Assembly: GCF_001194135.2 (NCBI RefSeq)
Contig: NC_068996.1
Span: forward strand, 6,328,791 to 6,392,790
DNA: 64,000 bases
Origin: Octopus bimaculoides
Taxonomy: Eukaryota
Direction of reading: 5' to 3'
Shown here: positions 1 through 11,299 of the stretch, piece after piece
How positions within the stretch are numbered: the first letter of the stretch is position 1
Layout: each line of letters opens with the position of its first letter
The notes under the pieces: model-generated
Databases searched by the model: none
The model's input: the letters and a program-made list of their open reading frames with translations, nothing else
Told to the model about the DNA's origin: nothing
Position numbers and translations under genes: made by a program

Positions 1-49
<49 letters not shown>

Positions 50-314
50 GAATAAAAGTATTTGTGTAGAGAAAAAAAAAGACAAGCAGGTTGTTATTTG
101 GCTTCAGGTCATGCATTATTGAGTAGTAAATCCCATGACCCAAGACATTCATTCTGTGTCCTTTGCATTTAAGACTATAGAAGTAGGGTGAATATGAGGG
201 AAATCTGGGTATTATTTCTTGTAGCCCAAAAAATAGCAGCCATACTTCCCCCTCCACACCATTGTCTCATTTAGGTAGCATTTTTAATTCACTCACTTTT
301 TCTCTAACAATCCC

Positions 315-720
315 AGCATTGGTTGTCAAGTGATGGTGGTGGAGGAACAAGCACGGACATACAAACATATACATATATATATATATATGATGGGCTTCTT
401 TCAGTTTCCGTCTATCAAATCCACTCACAAGGCTTTGGTCAGCCTGAAACTATAGTAGAAGACACTCGCCCAAGGTATCATGCAGTGAGACTGAACCCAA
501 GTCCACGTGGTTGGGAAGCAAGCTTCTTACCAACACAGACACAAAGAGTCACACACACATATATGTATAACAGGCTTCTTTCAGTTTCCACCTACCAAAT
601 CCATTCACAAGGCTTTGGTTGGCCTGAGGCTATAGTCAAAGACAGGCGCCATGCAGTGGGACTAAACCTAGAACTGTGTGATTGGGAAGCAGGCTTCTTA
701 CCACACAGCCACGACTGTGC
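315..720 (-). mobile_element. tRNA-headed SINE family S2 (internal TA/CA microsatellite), two tandem head units
   Basis: Family motif GGGCTTCTTTCAGTTTCCGTCTACCAAATCCACTCACAAGGCTTTGG occurs twice (about 390 and 570), each followed by the reverse complement of a tRNA-like head. The family recurs about 20 times in the window. Confidence 0.8.
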
Positions 721-769
721 TGATTCATCATCATCATCATTATTATTATTATTATTATTATTATATTAA

Positions 770-995
770 GGCAGTGAGCTGGCAGAATCATTAGTGCATT
801 AGATGAAATGCTTAGCAGTATTTCACTCATCGCTACATTCTGAGTTCAAATTCCACTGAGGTTGACTTTACCTTTCATCCTTTTGGGGGTCGATAAAATA
901 AGTACCAGTTGAACACGGGGGGCTGTGGTCGATGTAATCAACTCATCCCCTCCCACAAAATTGATGCCCTTTATTTAATAATAATAATAATAATG
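770..995 (+). mobile_element. tRNA-headed SINE family S1
   Basis: Head GGCAGTGAGCTGGCAGAATC...GAGTTCAAATTCC (A/B-box-like) followed by central CCTTTCATCCTTTTGGGGGTCGATAAAATAAGTACCAG. From memory this resembles the conserved Meta-type SINE domain (not verified). Confidence 0.8.
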
Positions 996-1221
996 ATAGA
1001 CAATAAGAAGAGCAATTTGTAATAGAATGTTTATTTAATGGTTATTTTCATTTTAACATTTTCAACCCAAAGAAGACAGATGTCCTGTTGAAATATTGTT
1101 CAATCTATTACAAATCACATCACATTCTTCCTACTGTCTATTTACCTTTATGAAGGGTTTCATCAATCTTTATAAACAACAACAACAACAACAGCAGCAG
1201 CAGCATCCGCCACCACCACCA

Positions 1222-1441
1222 ATAATAATAATAATAAGCCTTTCCACTGCAGGCACAAGGCCTGAAATTTCAGGGGAGGGGAATAGTTGATTACACCGAC
1301 CCCAGTACTCAATTGGTACTTATTTTATCAACCTTGAAAGGATATAAGGCAAAGTCAACCTCACCGGAATTTGAACCCAGATGAAGCATTTTGTTAAGCA
1401 TTTTGCCTAGCATGTTAATGATTCTGTCAGCTCGCTGTCTT
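1222..1441 (-). mobile_element. SINE family S1, inverted relative to 770-995
   Basis: Reverse complement of S1 (CTGGTACTTATTTTATCAAC...GAAAGGAT...GGCAAAGTCAAC...GGAATTTGAAC) with an (AAT)n tail at 1222-1237. Confidence 0.8.
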
Positions 1442-1807
1442 AAGGATTTGCACTGTCAACCTGCAGAAAAGTACCACCCTATATTGTGCAAGAATCCTAA
1501 GAAAAATTCTTGAGATTTGAGGAGATTCATCACCAAACCTCAAGATAAAATTCCTGCACTAACTTAATAATAATGAGCGTAAAAGAGCAACAGTAATATT
1601 TCAGACTACATCATATCTAATGTGACCTTCCTCTTATGAGATAGTAGCAATGTGATTAGAGGGAGATTTGCCTGCTATTTCCAACAGGCTGAGTGAATGC
1701 ACTGAGGTTTGCTCATTTATTCCAGTTGTGACTACGCTGTCTTTTTGTAAAGCTACATTGTTCAGTTTACCTAAGAGTATCTTATCTAATGTGCCCACTT
1801 TTCCTCA

Positions 1808-2006
1808 TTTAACTGTTTTGTTACCATATTTCTGTTGATAAACACTGTCTTTGTTTCCATTAATTTTGAAAATAACGAAGAATTTAGTAAAGTAATTTTG
1901 TTGTTATTAAGCTGGGTATTTAGAACAAAATCAATATGAAATTTTGATAGGAAGTTTGTATCATAGAAACAGGAGTGATCTCAGATGACTTTGTATCAAA
2001 AGGGTT
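1808..2006. mobile_element. piggyBac-like MITE family A (degenerate copy)
   Basis: Shares GTTACCATATTTCTGTTG...GAATTTAGTAA...GTATCAAAAGGGTT with copies at 4746-4968, 6655-6836, 9468-9898, 30195-30403, 30971-31199 and 57270-57488. Intact copies end TTAA|CCCTTT...AAAGGG|TTAA. Confidence 0.65.
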
Positions 2007-2087
2007 CCATGAGCAGGAGGGGGGGGGTGATTTGAAAGAGATTCGTTGTGAGTTATTTCTGGCTGTTTGAAATAAGGGTGTGAAGGG

Positions 2088-2386
2088 TGAAGACTCCCTT
2101 CGATCATGAATGACCATGGCATTGCACCTAGAAAGTTCCTCTCCAAGGCACAAGTCTGGGCAAGGTTGTTTGTGGAAGGCCAGTAGTTGCCTATGCATAC
2201 CAGACTCCCATCTCCAAAGGTCGATATAGCTTGGCACCGTTGATGGCACAACTCATTTCTACAGATGAGTGAAGTGGAGCAACATGAAATAAAGTTTCTT
2301 GCTCAAGACTACAACACACAGTCCAGTCTGGGAATTGAACTCACTGTCTCATGATTGAGAACCTAATGCTCTAACAACTGAGCCAG
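2088..2386 (-). mobile_element. tRNA-headed SINE family S6
   Basis: Homologous to 58609-58948 (GACTCCCTTCGATCATGAATGACCAT...CAACTCATTTCTAC...GAAATAAAG..TCTTGCTCAAG...GGAATTGAACTCAC). Confidence 0.75.
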
Positions 2387-2522
2387 AAATACCATTATTC
2401 ACTTGGAATTGAAACTTTATTTAAAAAAAAAACAAAAAAACCCCAAAGTTTTGTTCCTCACAGGAATGAGCTCCTGACAGATTCTTTTATACTCATTTTT
2501 ACAATAACATATCTCTCTGTGC

Positions 2523-2749
2523 TCTTATTTCTTTATTGCCCACAAGGGGCTAAACATAGAGGGGGACAAACAAGGACAGACAAAGGGATTAAGTTGATTA
2601 TATCGGCCGCCAGTGTTCAACTGTTACTTATTTAATCGACCCCGAAAGGATGAAAGGCAAAGTTGACCTTGGCGGAATTTGAACTCAGAACATGAAGACA
2701 GACGAAATACCACTAAGCATTTCGCCCAACGCTTCTGGCAGTTCGCCGT
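2523..2749 (-). mobile_element. SINE family S1, younger subfamily
   Basis: TTTAATCGACCCCGAAAGGATGAAAGGCAAAGTTGACCTTGGCGGAATTTGAACTCAGAAC with CpGs retained; different 3' tail (CCCACAAGGGGCTAAACATAGAGGGGG). Confidence 0.8.
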
Positions 2750-2868
2750 GTGTGTATACGTTGTGTTTGTGTGTGTGTGTGTGTGAGCTGTGTCTTTAAT
2801 TTGGTTTTTGTGTTTGTCAAGATATAAAAATATATATGTTAAAAGCTATAAAAGTGTGTGTGTGAGGG

Positions 2869-3733
2869 NNNNNNNNNNNNNNNNNNNNNNNNNNNNNNNN
2901 NNNNNNNNNNNNNNNNNNNNNNNNNNNNNNNNNNNNNNNNNNNNNNNNNNNNNNNNNNNNNNNNNNNNNNNNNNNNNNNNNNNNNNNNNNNNNNNNNNNN
3001 NNNNNNNNNNNNNNNNNNNNNNNNNNNNNNNNNNNNNNNNNNNNNNNNNNNNNNNNNNNNNNNNNNNNNNNNNNNNNNNNNNNNNNNNNNNNNNNNNNNN
3101 NNNNNNNNNNNNNNNNNNNNNNNNNNNNNNNNNNNNNNNNNNNNNNNNNNNNNNNNNNNNNNNNNNNNNNNNNNNNNNNNNNNNNNNNNNNNNNNNNNNN
3201 NNNNNNNNNNNNNNNNNNNNNNNNNNNNNNNNNNNNNNNNNNNNNNNNNNNNNNNNNNNNNNNNNNNNNNNNNNNNNNNNNNNNNNNNNNNNNNNNNNNN
3301 NNNNNNNNNNNNNNNNNNNNNNNNNNNNNNNNNNNNNNNNNNNNNNNNNNNNNNNNNNNNNNNNNNNNNNNNNNNNNNNNNNNNNNNNNNNNNNNNNNNN
3401 NNNNNNNNNNNNNNNNNNNNNNNNNNNNNNNNNNNNNNNNNNNNNNNNNNNNNNNNNNNNNNNNNNNNNNNNNNNNNNNNNNNNNNNNNNNNNNNNNNNN
3501 NNNNNNNNNNNNNNNNNNNNNNNNNNNNNNNNNNNNNNNNNNNNNNNNNNNNNNNNNNNNNNNNNNNNNNNNNNNNNNNNNNNNNNNNNNNNNNNNNNNN
3601 NNNNNNNNNNNNNNNNNNNNNNNNNNNNNNNNNNNNNNNNNNNNNNNNNNNNNNNNNNNNNNNNNNNNNNNNNNNNNNNNNNNNNNNNNNNNNNNNNNNN
3701 NNNNNNNNNNNNNNNNNNNNNNNNNNNNNNNNN
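2869..3733. other. assembly gap (N run)
   Basis: Run of N. Other gaps: 18080-18112, 22846-23670, 24747-25732, 28097-28306, 29632-29641, 39253-39606, 42463-42830, 48815-~49076, 50372-50381, 50673-50707. Confidence 0.99.
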
Positions 3734-4374
3734 TTCAGCAAAAGTTACTGAGTAAGTACCAAACTTTAAAAAGAAAAAAAGTATTGGAATCGATTCATTT
3801 GATTAAAATTCTTCGAGGCAGTGCTCCAGCATGGCCACAGCCAGATGACAGAAACAAGTAAAAAAACTAAGAGATGATCAAAGATCTACAGTACAGACCT
3901 TATAACCCACTAAAGTTCAGTAGAAATATGTATAAATACATAAATGTGGTGGGGGGGGGAGAGAGAAAAAAAATCACTGAGGAAATAAGTGGTGGTCTGC
4001 TGGCGCTGGGGCAAAGTTTTTGGGAATTAATAACAAACTCATAAATGTCCTGCCTCAGTCACATTAGTCACTGCCACCTCACCTCCCTCATCAACATCCT
4101 TTATGCTTGGTTACCCTACTTCCATCCTACAATTCTATTCAAACGATAAACATTTTCTTTTTTTTTTCTTATTTGAAAGAAGAAAAAAAAAATGAAAAAA
4201 AATAAGATAGTTTTGTTTAAAAAAATAATTAGGGTTTTCATCTTCCTACAGAATAAAACTCTTTTCCATGAATATATTTGGGATGAAGTTATTTATGGAT
4301 GTTTGCTTAAATTCATGTCTGGAGAGGCTGGAGAGAAATGTGGATGTACAAGTAATTGTTGTTGTTGTTGTTGT

Positions 4375-4565
4375 TGTTGTTTAACCTCCAAGGTAGCCTT
4401 GAACCAGCAGACCTAAGGACCAAAGATGTTCCAGCCGTGGCCATCTCGCCTCTAATTTAGACATAGTATATTGAGGAGTACATTATCCAATATATCCTAT
4501 ATTTCTTTAAAATGGTAGGGGAGTGATTCAAGGCAAATTTGGCTGCTATTTCCAGGAGGTTAAGA
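4375..4565. repeat. dispersed old repeat family R7 with (TTG)n end
   Basis: Core GATTTGGCTGCTATTTCTAGCAGG or its complement recurs at about 1670, 14150, 14750, 22320, 30110, 32400, 37480, 43360, 53280 and 61220. Class not determined. Confidence 0.6.
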
Positions 4566-4745
4566 TATAATTCAGACATACATTAGTTAATTGGCTCTGG
4601 GATGTATGATGTTTCTATATATTAGAAGAAAATAATGGTTGATTATAAACAAGTAAGCAAATTCTGCAAGCTGCATTTTGGGTTAACTAATAAAGAGAAC
4701 AGTAACTCTAAATTAGATGGGTACAAATAGAGGGATGGGGGACTT

Positions 4746-4968
4746 TTAACCCTTTTGATACCAGCCTACCTGAAACTGTCCCTAGTACTGAATATACAAA
4801 TTCAGTTTTAAAGTGATCTAAAACCTATATTAAAATTTCATGTTAATTTGTATTCTAGACACCAGCTTTATAATGACAAAGTTAATAATAAAGTCTTCAT
4901 TAATTCAAAAAATTAATTGAAACAAATGTAGTATATTTCAACATAAATATGGTAAGAAAACTGGTTAA
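4746..4968. mobile_element. piggyBac-like MITE family A (opposite orientation)
   Basis: Begins TTAACCCTTTTGATACCAGCC and ends ATATGGTAAGAAAACTGGTTAA; reverse complement of the 9677-9898 copy. Confidence 0.65.
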
Positions 4969-6116
4969 TCATCCAGCATGAAACAACCACTGAAGTGTTT
5001 GTAGCAAGATAAGATACATCTAACAAACTCTGTAAGACATGCAGTGATAAAAATAGTTCAATCTATAGCAGATTTTAAAAATAGCCAGGTATAAGTTCAT
5101 GATTACATCTATATAAGCCATATTGCAGGCAGTTCATCTAGGGGAGCAGTAATTCCGAATAAGAACAGACAAAGGGAACTCTTTTGAGTGGCCACAGAAA
5201 ATCTCTCTACTACTGGTGGTTCAGTGGTTGAGGATGGGAGAAACATCTAACCATTAAAAAAAAAAGTCAGTTCTCTCTGCTACTGTATGTGGATGTGATG
5301 AATGGTGCTAAGCACTATGATGCTGCACCATGACAAGTGCAATGATGATAAGATGATGCAAAATTGTCTGATCAATGCAGGCAAGAAAAGACATTTAAAA
5401 CTAACAACGAAGATGATAATTTTACATGCATGAAAGTATAGGCATAGACAATTTATTTGCACTGTAGGCCAACTGGAGATCACAACAATTCTGGCAACTT
5501 CTCACAATACAATACTCTACAACAATGTTGAAATGTCATCGGTGCCACTGGAGAATATCTGGGATGTCTTGATCTTATTATATAGTTCCATATTTGGATC
5601 ATATATTACCACATGAATTACATGTGAGAAAATGTGTATACGTCTGTATGGGTGGAAATACATATCATATACATGTTGTAGCCACAAACACACATACAAA
5701 TACCATCATCATAATTGTTTTAACATCCACTTTTCCATGGTTTCATGGGTTAGATGGAGCTCATTGAAGTAGATTTTATACAGCCAGATGCCCTTCTGAT
5801 GTGACCCTTACCTGATTCCAAGCAAGGTAATATTTTTCCATGGTTAGATATATTCTTCACGGAATATAAGAAATGAATGACATTTATTTACAACACTCAA
5901 AGCCAAGACAAAGAGATAAAACACATACATGTACTCATGCACACACATGATGGGCTTCTTTCAATTTTCATCTATCACATCCACTCATAAGGCTTTGAAG
6001 GGCCTGGGGTTGGAGCACAAAATATCTGCCCAAGGTGCTATGCCATGGGACTGAACTTGAAAGCATGTAGTTAGGGAACTGAACTTCAAAACCACCAAGC
6101 CACAACTACACCTCAC

Positions 6117-6149
<33 letters not shown>

Positions 6150-7434
6150 GCTATCTGCACACCATTAGAAGGTATGATATTGTGGAATTGTTAAATAAGA
6201 TATCTTTGTAAGGTTGTTTTAAAAATACAATATATACTGGATTGAGATATGTGTATGCATGTGTATAACACACATACACACACAGGTGAGTATATAAGTG
6301 CAAAAGAAGGTGAAAAAAATAGTACTCGAATACCAAAGGTAGAGTAATATACTTCTTATTAAAGTTGCAAAACTATCACAGAACTGTTTTGAGATAATTT
6401 TGCTGCTTTAATAAAAAAAAAAATTATATATATATATTAATATGCATAATTATATATATATATTAATATGCATAATTGTGCATATTAAAAGAATAATTCA
6501 TGCAGACACCAACCTCATACATATACACACACACACACACAAATATACACACATACATGCATACACATACATGTGTGTATACACAGTCCTTAAGTTTACA
6601 TGGTGGTGGTGGGGGGTAGAGAGAAAACACTAGATTGGTGAGTCTGAACTTGTATAACCTTTTTGGTACAAACCTGTTTTAAAGTGATCTAAATTAAAAC
6701 TTTCTATTAAACTTTCATGTTCCATACACAAGCTTAAGGACAAAGTTATTTTACAAAAATTCTTCATTATTTTCAAAATTGATTGAAACAAAAAACAGTA
6801 TATTTCAACAGAAATATGGTAACAAAATTGTTAATGTAAGTAGCATTAAAATACAAATAGGAAATAATTGCCCTTATAGTAGAAGACCATATTAGTCATT
6901 AAATAATATCATTTTGATCATACCACTAAGAATGGAAGAATAACTCTGAACATGTTTCAAGTCTGTATTTATAGTTTCGTCAAACACTACTGGTTTACTA
7001 TGTATACTTCATAGGTCAGGTTTCCATCCTGAGATTAATGAACACACGTTCCTTTCACCAATTGTATAAGAACTGGGAAGGGCAAAGGAAGGAGTTTGCC
7101 CTTTCAACACTAAACCATTACAGGTGAGAGAAAAAAAAAAACAATTTGACAAACCACTAATGCAAAAGACTGCTCAATACATCTATTATGTAGTACACCT
7201 AGGTCCATCTATTGGCATTTACTGCCGTCTATGGTCCCCAGATAGTCTATACAATCAAATGGCTTGTAGTATCAACTGCGAAAACCAAAGAGAAATAGAT
7301 GCAGTCTTACCTTTTCCTTCCTCCACTTTGTTGATCTTTTAATGAAATGAGGTAATTTCTTCTACTTCTCTACTAAAGCAACTTATCTACTGATTACTTA
7401 TGGGCTATACCTAGGCTTAACTTACAGCGTGCAC

Positions 7435-7520
<86 letters not shown>

Positions 7521-7768
7521 TTATATTCATTTAGGTATGAGTAAACATCAATATGTATGTATATACACATGTGCAGACATACATAAATACATGCAGAATG
7601 TGTGTGTATGCAGATAGATGTACACATTTGATGCTTCTAATAAAAACAAATGTAAGTTTGTTTTTATATACACATGTGATATATATATATACACACTCAC
7701 ATACACGTGCAGGAGTTGTCTAAGAGACCATAAGTTAGAGAAAAGATGCACTTGTGTATGTCAGTAGA

Positions 7769-7823
<55 letters not shown>

Positions 7824-8157
7824 TACACAAATATATATATAAAATTAATTTTGCCTGCACGGCTGATATTTGTTGCCACTAGTGATGGTATTTTGATAGT
7901 AGTATCACTCTCACATTTACTTATATATATATATATATACATACACACACACACAAATATACACACATGCATGCATACACATACATGTGTATATACACAG
8001 ACCTTAAGTTTACATGGTACATTGGTTCCACACACCACCATTTAAATCAAAATTATGTGAGCTGAGGGGATATATTTTTAACGGTGTTATTAATAAAAAA
8101 ATTAAAAAAAAACATATATCTAAAGAAATATTTACTGAAATGGTAATAATAAATATA

Positions 8158-8535
8158 CACCTCTATATTTAAGAGATGAGGAATTATGTACATTATTTAC
8201 ATTTGATGGATATTTGTCCTCATATTGTTTGTTAACACAACGTTTTGGCTGATATGCCCTCCAGCCTTCATCAGGTGACTTGGGGAAATTTCGAACCTGG
8301 GTTCTCATTCCTAAGGTATTTTTTCAATGTTATTATTATTATTATTATTCAGGTCACTGCCTGGAATCGAACTCGGAATCTTGGGGTTAGTAGCCCGCAC
8401 TCTTAACCACTACGCTATATGAAGGCTGGAGGGTATATTAGCCAAAACGCAGTGTTAACAACAAGCAAGATGAGGACAAATATCCGTCAAATGTAAATAA
8501 TGTACATAACTCCTCATCTCTTAAATATAGAACTG
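8158..8535 (-). mobile_element. tRNA-headed element with Penelope-like 3' end and inverted terminal duplication
   Basis: About 115-bp inverted arms (8158-8272 vs 8420-8535), TA on both outer sides. The minus-strand interior reads tRNA-like head (GCGTAGTGGTTAAGAG...GAGTTCGATTCC), (AAT)n, then a CTGATGA hammerhead-like core. Confidence 0.7.
8234..8278 (-). ncRNA. degenerate minimal (Penelope-type) hammerhead ribozyme motif
   Basis: Minus strand TCAC-CTGATGA-A-GGCTG-GAGGGCATAT-CAGCC-AAAACGTT-GTGTT: core, 5-bp stem II, ACGT palindrome in place of helix III, and CAC/GTG stem I. The catalytic G12 reads A in this copy. Confidence 0.5.
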
Positions 8536-8838
8536 TAAGATTTATTATTACCATTGGTAATATTGAAATAATGGAGCCTCATAATTAAAAGAAGAGTAAT
8601 TCAGGGTAAATGAAAACAACTGAAATATAAAAATGAATGTCTGACCCCAGGGCTTAAACATGTACCAGTTAAGCACTGGGGTTGTTGTAATTGACTCACC
8701 CCCACCTCCTACAAAATTTCAGGCCTTGTGCCTGTAGTAGAAAGGATTATTATTAATATTTCAAGTTACTGAATAAATCAATTTATCTGTGAATTACCAT
8801 CATCATCATCTTTATGTATATATGTCTATATACATATA

Positions 8839-9098
8839 CATCATCATCATTGTTTAACGTCCGCTTTCCATGCTAGCATGGGTTGGATCATTTGACTGAG
8901 GACTGATGAACCAGATGGCTACATCAGGCTCCAATCTGATCTGGTAGAGTTTCTACAGCTGGATGCCCTTCCTAACGCCAACCACTCCGAGAGTGTAGTG
9001 GGTCCTTTTGTGCCACCGGCACGAAGGCCAGTCAGGAGGTACTGGCAATGGCCATGCTCCAAATGGTGTATTTTACGTGCCACCCGCACAGGAGCCAG
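8839..9098 (-). mobile_element. family S3: 5'-truncated retroposon with RTE-type 3' tail and (GAT)n end
   Basis: CATCATCAT..TTTAACGTCCGCTTTCCATGCTAGCATGGGTTGG...CAGCTGGATGCCCTTCCTAACGCCAACCACTC; near-identical copies occur throughout the window. Confidence 0.85.
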
Positions 9099-9467
9099 TG
9101 TATTTGTGTTCTTTTATTCTTCTACTGGTTTCAGTCATTAGACTGGTGCTTATTCCACTGGTCTCTTTTTGCTGAATTACTAAGTTACAGGGTTGTAAAC
9201 AAATCAACAAGCAGTGGTGGGAGACAAACACAAAGATACACATATACAAATATGATAGACTTCTTTCAGTTTCTCTCTACTAAATCCATTCACAAGGCTT
9301 TGGTCAGCTCAGGGCTCAGTAGAGGACACTTGCCCAAGGTATCACACAATGAAACTGAAAGTGGAACCATATAGATGAGAGCAAGCTTCTTACCACACAG
9401 CCACTCCTATAAACATATACATGAGATGAACTGGTGAACGAGTTTCTACAAAGCAGTACAAACTTAA

Positions 9468-9898
9468 ACCTTTCGTTACTGTATTTATTTTGAGCAACAA
9501 AGAATTTAGTAAAATAACTTAGTTATCATTAAGCTAGTGTTAGGAACATAAACTGTGACTAAGGTTCGGTGGAAGATTTTAATTCAGAACTTATGAAAAC
9601 AAGACATTTGTACTACAGAGCCAGAGGTGATTTCAGCCGGGTTGGTAACGAAAGGGTTAAATTAATCATTTGTTAACCCTTTTGTTACCATATTTCTGTT
9701 GAGATGCTCTGTGTTTCTTTCAATTAATTTTAAATATAACAGAGAATTTAGTAAAATAACTTAGCTATCATTCAGCTAGTGTTAGGAACATAAATTGTGA
9801 CTAAGGTTTAGTGGAAGATTTTAATTCAGAACTTTCGAAAACAAGACATTTGTACTACAGAAACAGAGCCGGTTTCAGCCAGGCTAGTAACGAAAAGG
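9468..9898. mobile_element. tandem pair of piggyBac-like MITEs (9468-9656 and 9677-9898)
   Basis: Both copies are bounded by TTAA (9464-67/9657-60 and 9673-76/9899-902), have short TIRs of the CCTTT(C/T)GTTAC...GTAACGAAA(A/G)GG type and homologous interiors. Confidence 0.75.
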
Positions 9899-10169
9899 TT
9901 AATAGGTGTTTACTGCATATATATCATACATTGGTTAATTAATTATCAATAGGCTATCAAAAGCACCAACATGCAAATTAAGTTACCTACTACACAATAG
10001 CTAAATTTATGACTCCTTTATAAAGTAGATATTTTCTCTAAGAACCAATGAACAAACTGTAAAATAGGTAACCAGTCATTTCTTTCCCACTTTTTTCACT
10101 AGTTGAAGGCATAGAAGGAATTTGTTTACATTTTTATAATTTTCTCTCATAGCTAGATTTCCTAAAATC

Positions 10170-10567
10170 TTTTACTCTTTTACTTGTTTCAGTCACTTGA
10201 CTGTGGCCATACTGGAGCACTGCCTTTAGTCAAGCAAATCGACCCCAGGACTTATTCTTTGTAAGCCTAGTACTTATTCTATCGGTGTCTTTTGCTGAAC
10301 CGCTAAGTTACGGGGACGTAAACACACCAGCATCGGTTGTCAAGCAACGCTGGAGGGGACAAACAGACACACAAACACACACATACATATATATATACAT
10401 ATATACGACGGGCTTCTTTCAGTTTCCGTCTACCAAATCCACTCACAAAGCTTTGGTTGGCCCGAGGCTATAGTAGAAGACACTTGCCCAAGGTGCCACG
10501 CAGTGGGACTGAAACCAGAACTATGCGGTTGGTATGCAAGCTACTTACCACACAGCCACTCCTATGC

Positions 10568-10568
<1 letters not shown>
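10170..10568 (-). mobile_element. SINE family S2, near full length
   Basis: Complete structure: tRNA-like head at 10490-10568, internal (TA/CA)n at 10365-10425, and 3' tail ...GACTGAAACAAGTAAAAGAGTAAAAGA. Similar copies at 18762-19140, 27508-27872, 41690-41992 and 43782-44120. Confidence 0.88.
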
Positions 10569-10608
<40 letters not shown>

Positions 10609-11299
10609 AGCATTAACATAATAATCAAACCCAATTGACATCTTATTTCTTTCCCTCCCTATTGGTCCCCTTCACTTCTCACCTCAGCCTAAACCCACTG
10701 TATGCATGACTCACTCCCTACATTGATACCATTAACTACCAAATCCTGGGGTTCAAGAGCACTCAGAAAATGACTGGTATATGTTTTACCAATACTGGAA
10801 AGATGGAAAAAAAAAAAAAGGTCAGATGATAAAGGGATGAAATTTTGTGATTGCTTTCATCAAAAGTAAAACAAACACTATCCATGATAATTTGGAGATT
10901 ATGAAAATACATACAGTATGTTTAATGTTATATACACACACTGAAACAGAATGAACTGATCACTGTATATAATACAGAGAGAGGGAGACACACACACACA
11001 AACACACATGAATCAAAATGTGCTGAATGTTATGCATAAATACACAAGCTGAAACAGGGTGTGTCAAACATTATATACACAAATACTGAAACAGGGTACA
11101 TTGAAAATTTTATGTATATATATTCATACATATGTATATATATTCATACATGTATATATATTCATACATACACACATAAGCTCTTGCACACACATACTCA
11201 CCCTTCAACCCATAAACAATAGCAGGATTCTAGGTTTTCTATTTAAATCTGAATCTTTTTCAACAACTTTAACAGATTTAGGTTGAGACCTCTGGCATG

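Noticed and set aside
1096-1290. polyQ-polyP ORF (QQQQQQQQQHPPPPP), superficially huntingtin-like
   Set aside because: It is a compound CAA/CAG/CCA/AAT microsatellite at a SINE tail; TTG start, no splice context.
2790-3755. Long ORFs in the track spanning N runs (also about 22.7-23.8k, 24.6-25.9k, 27.8-28.5k, 39.1-39.7k, 42.4-43.0k, 48.7-49.2k)
   Set aside because: They are open only because N codons contain no stops.
7230-7380. Minus-strand donor (AAG|GTAAGA) and acceptor (TTTTCGCAG) as possible downstream exons
   Set aside because: They are only 35 nt apart, all frames after the acceptor stop quickly, and no convincing exon can be built.
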